Shown: positions 58,378-64,000 of the stretch, in pieces | Layout of the letters: the number at the start of each line of letters is the position of its first letter | Numbering within the stretch: the stretch's first letter is position 1 | Assembly: GCA_024346625.1 (NCBI GenBank) | Contig: AP024666.1 | Coordinates: forward strand, 186,001-250,000 | DNA from: Williopsis jadinii | Lineage: Eukaryota | Length of the DNA: 64,000 nt | Direction of reading: 5' to 3' | Position numbers and translations under genes: made by a program | The notes under the pieces: generated by a model | Told to the model about the DNA's origin: nothing | What the model saw: the letters and a program-made list of their open reading frames with translations, nothing else | The model's database searches: none

Positions 58378-61278
58378 TCAATCTATAGTAATCTCTTCAT
58401 TTGTAGATGGCTCTGACTCTCCCTTTTTGGTGAAAACCATATCACCAATCAGAGATATAGCCTTGGATTCTATCTGATCACCACTCATGGTTTGATCGAG
58501 TTCCAGCTTGTTTTGGGCCAGCTGATACATGCTCTCTTCGATACTATTTCTTGTGATCAATCTCGTAACGGTAACGTCTCGTTCCTGACCCACTCTGTGA
58601 GCTCTGTCCTCAGCTTGCTTGTCGTCATGAGGGTTGAAACTTTGGTCGAAGAGAATAACATGGTTTGCACATACCAAGTTAATACCGAATCCACCAGCCT
58701 TGGTGGAAAGTAGAAACACTGGAATAGACTCTTCTTCAGAGAATTTGTCAATGAGATCTTGTCTCATGTCAACAGGCGTTTGTCCATCCAATCGGAGGAA
58801 TTTTATGTCCCACATTGATAAGACAGGCTCCAAGATATCCAACACTTGTGTGAATAAGGAAAAGATCAACACTTTACCATCTTGCTCTATTATTTCAGGT
58901 AGCAAATGACCAAGTTTAGCAACCTTTCCAGAGTTCAGAAACGCAGCTTCATCAAGCTTGAACTCATCTATCGAGGGAAACTGAACACACAGGTTGTTCA
59001 ACTCGAAATCAGTCATGACTTGCATATCCTCAAAGATATATGTTTCATTTGCCGTGGCGTACTGAGGCTCCTTCATGATATCCTTAGCCATGATCTTCAA
59101 CTTGTCATCATCATAGATACTTCTGAAAAGTAGAGGATGAATTGCAGCCTTTCTCAAAGCCATCAAGATGTTTGCAGTCTTACCATTGTTTTGCCTCTTT
59201 AGGGAAACACCTCTTTCAATCTCACGGTCATAAATCAGTGCTTGTTCTGGAGTCATATCACAGTACTGCAAGTCTTGTATCTTTGGGGGAAGATGTTTCA
59301 ACACTTGGTCCTTACGTCTTCTAAGAATAAAAGGTGCCATCATTTTCTTTGCCTTGTTGATTGCACGTTGTGATAGTAGTGGATTATAATCTTTGGAACT
59401 GTCCTTTGTCGATGCCTTCTGGTTAAACACGTATTTCAAACCTTCCTTTTCAGAGACGAAGATCGATGGTAGGATGAATTCAAGCAAGGACATGAGTTCT
59501 TTCAAGTTGTTTTGCAATGGTGTACCGGTTAGTAATAAGCGGAAGTTTGCCTTTAACTTCATCAGTTTAATGAAACGATCGCTGGTGCTGTTCTTCAACA
59601 TATGTCCTTCATCGTACACGACAACGTTGAATCCACCATGTTTTAAGAAGCTGAAATCGTCCTTGGAACCAGTCGCCAAGTTGTACGTTGTAACTATAAC
59701 GTCAATGTCTTCCCACTTGGACAAGAGCAACTCTCTGATGTCTTCCCTTTCACGCTGTGATCCATAGTACGGTTCAACGACAAGGGAAGGAGCAAATTTG
59801 TTGAACTCTCGCATCCAATTTTCCAAAGTTGAAGACGGTACCACAACTAAATGAGGACCCTTGTTGATGTCGAGTTGCTTGAGATATGATAGAAAGGCGA
59901 TAACTTGACACGTCTTACCTAACCCCATTTCATCCGCAAGGATACAACTCAAATTGTTCGAATACAAGAGATACAACCAGTTGATACCAACTTGTTGGTA
60001 ACTCTTCAACTCGATACCAGGAGCAAGTAGGGAGGGCTTGTCCTTGAAATATTTACTCTTTTGTTTACGCCCAGTAGAGCCGATTTCATCACCTTCGTCA
60101 TCGTCAATATCAACTTCCACGATTTCCAATTCGTCATTGATACCATGAACCTCAACACCCCATTTGCTGATCTCTTGTGCAATCTGTTCACTGTATGTAT
60201 CACATTTGGCAACCAAATTATCCACTGCCGAGTAGCCTCTGAGTGCAACGTTTGCCCTATTACTGAACAGTTCACCCTGTGGTTTTCTTCTCTTTGATTG
60301 CTGAACAACGTCAAAGTTCAGACTCTCAAACTGCGTTATAGTCTTAAAGGGCCTTTTAGCAATGATGGCATTGGCAGTCTCTGCAGAGCATTGTGCAATG
60401 TCCATGATATCGAACTCTCCTTCTTCGTTGAAGAACTGGAGAACTTTCTGTTGGAATTGGAAGTCCTCATCAGAATGGTCAACCATCGCGTGGTCATCAA
60501 CGTCCTCATCGTCTGTGAATTCATCCTTGAGGATCATTTCATCGTTGGAGTCGTCGTCCAGAACAACAGTGGCCTCGATCACGCCATTGTCCTGATGCTG
60601 TGCTTCTGGCGGAGTCAGCCTTGAACCTCTAACCAACTTCCTCTTCTTCAAAACCGGCTCATCTTGCACCAATACAGGCGCACTATCATCCTCAACAACA
60701 ACAACCGATTTCCTCAAAGCATTACTGTACTTTTGCTGAATTGACTTGGACTTATCCAGTGTCACCTTCGAGGACTTCACAGGTGAAGTCGTTGGTGACG
60801 ACGTAATAACTATAGGAGCATCCTTCGAAGGAGACATAGCAGACACAGCGGAGACACCGTTTGAAGTCGCTGGTGTAGCACCTGGTGTTTGTGTGGACAG
60901 CCGTCCTTCAGATCTCCTCTTCTCAACCAGTTTGGTCAGAATGTGCTTTGCCATTTTGATGTCCTTGTTCGCCTTTGTAACGTAGACACCTCTAATCATG
61001 TTGTAGCTGATCTCTTTGAACATTGACTGCAAGATCTGAAGGTCTCTATTGGCCAACGACGCGGCCGTGGTCGTCATGCTCGAGCTGGACAGCAGGTTTG
61101 TGCCGTTGAAGCCAAACTTCTCCTTCAGCGTACCACCACCACCACCATCACCACCAGCAGACGTATTCGTCCTCTTAGCAAACAGCAGCTGAGGCGAGAA
61201 CTTATTCTCAGACCTCAGCGGCGACGAGTCTGGGACCTGCACCACCGACTTCTTAGGACTTTCACCACCCTGCGACAT
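58378..61278 (-). CDS. FUN30: Snf2-family chromatin remodeller Fun30/SMARCAD1
   Basis: ILADEMGLGKT, DEGHMLKN, LLTGTPLQNNL, QAEDRAHRVGQ; CUE-like N-terminal region; divergent from ATS1. Confidence 0.94.
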   Translation of the reverse strand: MSQGGESPKKSVVQVPDSSPLRSENKFSPQLLFAKRTNTSAGGDGGGGGTLKEKFGFNGTNLLSSSSMTTTAASLANRDLQILQSMFKEISYNMIRGVYVTKANKDIKMAKHILTKLVEKRRSEGRLSTQTPGATPATSNGVSAVSAMSPSKDAPIVITSSPTTSPVKSSKVTLDKSKSIQQKYSNALRKSVVVVEDDSAPVLVQDEPVLKKRKLVRGSRLTPPEAQHQDNGVIEATVVLDDDSNDEMILKDEFTDDEDVDDHAMVDHSDEDFQFQQKVLQFFNEEGEFDIMDIAQCSAETANAIIAKRPFKTITQFESLNFDVVQQSKRRKPQGELFSNRANVALRGYSAVDNLVAKCDTYSEQIAQEISKWGVEVHGINDELEIVEVDIDDDEGDEIGSTGRKQKSKYFKDKPSLLAPGIELKSYQQVGINWLYLLYSNNLSCILADEMGLGKTCQVIAFLSYLKQLDINKGPHLVVVPSSTLENWMREFNKFAPSLVVEPYYGSQREREDIRELLLSKWEDIDVIVTTYNLATGSKDDFSFLKHGGFNVVVYDEGHMLKNSTSDRFIKLMKLKANFRLLLTGTPLQNNLKELMSLLEFILPSIFVSEKEGLKYVFNQKASTKDSSKDYNPLLSQRAINKAKKMMAPFILRRRKDQVLKHLPPKIQDLQYCDMTPEQALIYDREIERGVSLKRQNNGKTANILMALRKAAIHPLLFRSIYDDDKLKIMAKDIMKEPQYATANETYIFEDMQVMTDFELNNLCVQFPSIDEFKLDEAAFLNSGKVAKLGHLLPEIIEQDGKVLIFSLFTQVLDILEPVLSMWDIKFLRLDGQTPVDMRQDLIDKFSEEESIPVFLLSTKAGGFGINLVCANHVILFDQSFNPHDDKQAEDRAHRVGQERDVTVTRLITRNSIEESMYQLAQNKLELDQTMSGDQIESKAISLIGDMVFTKKGESEPSTNEEITID

Positions 61279-61467
61279 GCTTTCTCTGTGTGTGTGTGTG
61301 TTGTCTCGTCTCCCGCCAACAGCGTCTGCCTAGCGAGCCAGAAGTGCTGGGAGAGGGGCCCGTTACACGTAAATTTTTCCCTCCCAGGCTCATTTCCAAC
61401 GGGTTTCGCGTCACAGGCTCATCCCTCTGCGCATCGCAGGCAGAGAAGACAGGCCGGTATTAATACG

Positions 61468-62439
61468 ATGGTGTACTCTGTGTATGCGTGTGGCTCCAAT
61501 GGTAGGCATCAGCTGGGCACCAGGGACCACTGCGAGGATCTCAGCGCACTGAGCAAGGTGTTTGAGAGCGAGGAGCGCGTAGAGATGCTGGCGAGTGGTG
61601 GCAATCATACGCTGCTGCTGCTTGCCAGCGGAGAGCTCTACGCCACTGGGGATAACTCAAGGGGACAGTGTGCGCTGTCTGAGGACGTGGTGAAGGAGTT
61701 CACGCTGGTTCCTACTGTAGGCCGGTCCAGATGGGTCAATTGCTGCTGTGGGTATGAGTTTAGCGTGCTTCTGAACGAGCGTAATGAGCTATATTCGTGT
61801 GGTGCTGGGCCCAAGGGAGAGTTAGGGCTGGGCACCGCCATAGGGCACTCTCCAGGGCTGAAGCTGATTGATACGATCCCAGGTATCGTGGAGATGAAAG
61901 CATGTGTGGACCACGTTGTTATAAGGCTGTGTGATGGGAGGCTCATGGCATGGGGTAACAATGGGCGAGGACGGAAGCTCAACGTGGCGACGCCTAAGAC
62001 CGTGTGGAGCCCTGTTGAAGTTGGACAGGCCGATAGGTATTCGCTGGGGAGGGACTTCACGCTCGTGGAGGCCAACGGTGTGCTGACGGTCTGGGGGAAC
62101 CAGAGGTTCCCTCAAGTACCCACACAGGCCAAGGAGTTCCAGGCCATGTGGTCATCGGTCCACTACATCGATCAACAGGGCCATATTCAGTCCATGGGCA
62201 ACAACAGCCACGGACAGCTCATCGCTGAGACGCTGACACCAGACAGGTGGTGTGTTGGAAGCGAGCACGGGCTCATGGTGATCAGCGGCGAGCTGAGGGC
62301 ATGGGGCTGGGGAGAACATGGCAACTGTGGAGATCACGCCAACGGCACCCTACTGCTCCCACAAGGTGGTGGTGGTGGTGATATCTACGTGATCCACTGT
62401 GGATGTGCAACAACGTGGGTCGTATTAAAGCATAGCTAA
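61468..62439 (+). CDS. ATS1: RCC1-like Elongator cofactor Kti13/Ats1
   Basis: VYACGSNG..QLG, GGNHTL, MWSSVH, GSEHG, WGWGEHGNCG, GCATTW; ATG at 61468. Confidence 0.9.
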   Translation: MVYSVYACGSNGRHQLGTRDHCEDLSALSKVFESEERVEMLASGGNHTLLLLASGELYATGDNSRGQCALSEDVVKEFTLVPTVGRSRWVNCCCGYEFSVLLNERNELYSCGAGPKGELGLGTAIGHSPGLKLIDTIPGIVEMKACVDHVVIRLCDGRLMAWGNNGRGRKLNVATPKTVWSPVEVGQADRYSLGRDFTLVEANGVLTVWGNQRFPQVPTQAKEFQAMWSSVHYIDQQGHIQSMGNNSHGQLIAETLTPDRWCVGSEHGLMVISGELRAWGWGEHGNCGDHANGTLLLPQGGGGGDIYVIHCGCATTWVVLKHS

Positions 62440-62969
62440 AAACAAAATGTCCTGAAGTATCTTTCCCAAGTGTAACATATTCTATAGAAGCACCAAAACG
62501 AGCTAATCTAGATACAAGAAATGAGAAATATGTAAAGACTTCAGCGTTCAATCTTGGGTGGTAGTATCAACTCCATACCATGCACAGACAAAGCGCCTAT
62601 GTATACGGAGTTTTCTTTTGATCACACCCAGAGTCTCACGGACACTGGGCGCCTGAAACCTTTCAGAACTGCTTTCCGAGCAACGCTGTCTCTCTCATCG
62701 AGCAATGCCGCCACGCTCATCGAGCTACGCCGCCACGCTCATCGAGCTGTTGATGATGTTGTTGATGTTGATGTTGTTGTTGATGTTGAAATGTAAACAC
62801 GCAAGAAAATTTTCGTACCCGCCGGCGGCGGACGGAATATTCCAGAACAACGGTACGCGCAGCACAGCCCGCGTTTATTTAAGGGCTCATCGCAGCGCTG
62901 CAGTTCTTAGGGCAACGGTCTACGGAGCAACAGCTCCAGTTCTCTCTTCAACTGAGCGCAATTGAGACG

Positions 62970-63560
62970 ATGTTTGCTTCTGTGTGCTCAGGAAGACCAG
63001 TGCAATTGGCCCAACAGGTGGACGGCAACAAGTATGCCATCAACATCCCACAAGGCTCGAAGATCTCACATGTATGCATCTTTCTACTGCCAGAGGCCCA
63101 GCTCCCAAGGGAGTACAAGGCACTGATATATTTCAAACTACCCGGCGATTCCGAGTTCAAGCTGCTGGGAAGCATCTCACAGGATAAGCAGAGTAGCATC
63201 TTCAAGCTGAAGAACAAGGACGAGGTTGACGGAGACGAGGATAGTATGATTGAGGAGATTGACGACCAGGACGTCGTGACGGTGGGGATAAGCATAGAGA
63301 CGGCGGAAGTGGCACGACAGCTGGAGGATTCACAGTCTGCGCTGGTGAAGAAGACCATCATGACACGGCCTGTGATTACCGAGCCTCTCACTACAAGCGA
63401 AAAGACACAATTGGCTGCTAAAGTTGTTAAAAACGCCTACAACTACCTATCGTCGTTCATTGACAACAACGGCAACGTGAACATCAAGTACTTTGACAGC
63501 TGGTGGAATAAGTTCCAGGCCAAGCTCAAGAACGATGATAAGTTTTTAGACTCCGATTGA
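62970..63560 (+). CDS. OPI10: Hikeshi-family protein Opi10
   Basis: MFASVCSGRP, HVCIFLLP, LLGSIS.DKQSSIFKL, NAYNYLSSF, FDSWWNKFQAKL.ND..FL. Confidence 0.9.
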   Translation: MFASVCSGRPVQLAQQVDGNKYAINIPQGSKISHVCIFLLPEAQLPREYKALIYFKLPGDSEFKLLGSISQDKQSSIFKLKNKDEVDGDEDSMIEEIDDQDVVTVGISIETAEVARQLEDSQSALVKKTIMTRPVITEPLTTSEKTQLAAKVVKNAYNYLSSFIDNNGNVNIKYFDSWWNKFQAKLKNDDKFLDSD

Positions 63561-64000
63561 TCTTGAAAAGGACAAGTGCAACCAGAAACAACCCACAGAC
63601 ACCAAGGAATGTTGTATAGATGAATCCAACGTGGAAATTCGGTGCATCTCTTTGGTTGAAGGTTAGCATTGGCACCCAAACGCTGGTGAAATAGGCCGAC
63701 GTATTGGTCACAACGATGACAAAGTTACGTTGTAAGTCGTCATGTGATAGTATACCGTTAATCCACGAAAATATAACAGGCTGTCCAATACTATGTGTTA
63801 TTCCAAAGAGGTAATAGGCCATCCAGTGTAACTTCAAAGGCGCTTGCCATACGCTCAAGATTACACCACTGATTATCGTACACAGGAACATTGTACTAAG
63901 AAAAAAAGCGTGCAATTGGCCCCAGTCGTTGAGCTTAGCAACTATGAGGGCAAAGATGATGCTTAGGGCACTGATGACTGACGGATACAGGTTGTAGTAC
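63526..64000 (-). CDS. MFS allantoate/pantothenate-permease family transporter (Fen2/Liz1-like), 3' part
   Basis: Frame open to the window end (YYNLYPSVISA...); QPVIFSWIN..L..DD.QR, VWVP.LTF....AP.F..GF motifs. Confidence 0.75.
   Translation of the reverse strand, partial: YYNLYPSVISALSIIFALIVAKLNDWGQLHAFFLSTMFLCTIISGVILSVWQAPLKLHWMAYYLFGITHSIGQPVIFSWINGILSHDDLQRNFVIVVTNTSAYFTSVWVPMLTFNQRDAPNFHVGFIYTTFLGVCGLFLVALVLFKINRSLKTYHRS

Overview
Gene-dense segment of a budding-yeast (Saccharomycotina) chromosome that uses the standard genetic code. CTG falls at conserved Leu positions, so this is not a CUG-Ser yeast; a Cyberlindnera/Phaffomycetaceae-like pre-WGD species is my inference. It holds about 30 protein-coding genes, 3 tRNA genes (Val-AAC, Glu-CTC, Lys-CTT) and 3 well-supported spliceosomal introns (RPL28, MLC1, BGL2). 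Housekeeping genes lie in blocks matching S. cerevisiae gene neighbourhoods: SEH1-RPL28-VPS73-ARC1-ERT1-MLC1...GPX2-RRT2; HOS3-TOA1-SLK19-BEM3-LIP5-IDI1-BFR1-MCA1; FUN30-ATS1. Accessory genes sit between or inside these blocks. Most notable are: (1) a divergent ZRT1/PRA1 zincophore locus whose transporter has an expanded 7-motif CHxH ectodomain and shares a His-rich module with the Pra1 tail; (2) a metacaspase MCA1 gene split by a TAG-ATG stop-start exactly between the Q/N/P-rich prodomain and the intact catalytic domain; (3) two tandem GPI-anchored surface proteins built from an acidic ~135-150 aa domain I cannot assign to a family (1 copy versus 4 copies); (4) readable regulatory motifs, including a twin Leu3-type palindrome at TMT1, Rap1+Tbf1+Cbf1 motifs at RPL28, and Yap1+Met31+Cbf1 motifs at RIB1. 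No CRISPR array or intact transposon was seen. All calls come from reading the sequence; no searches were run.
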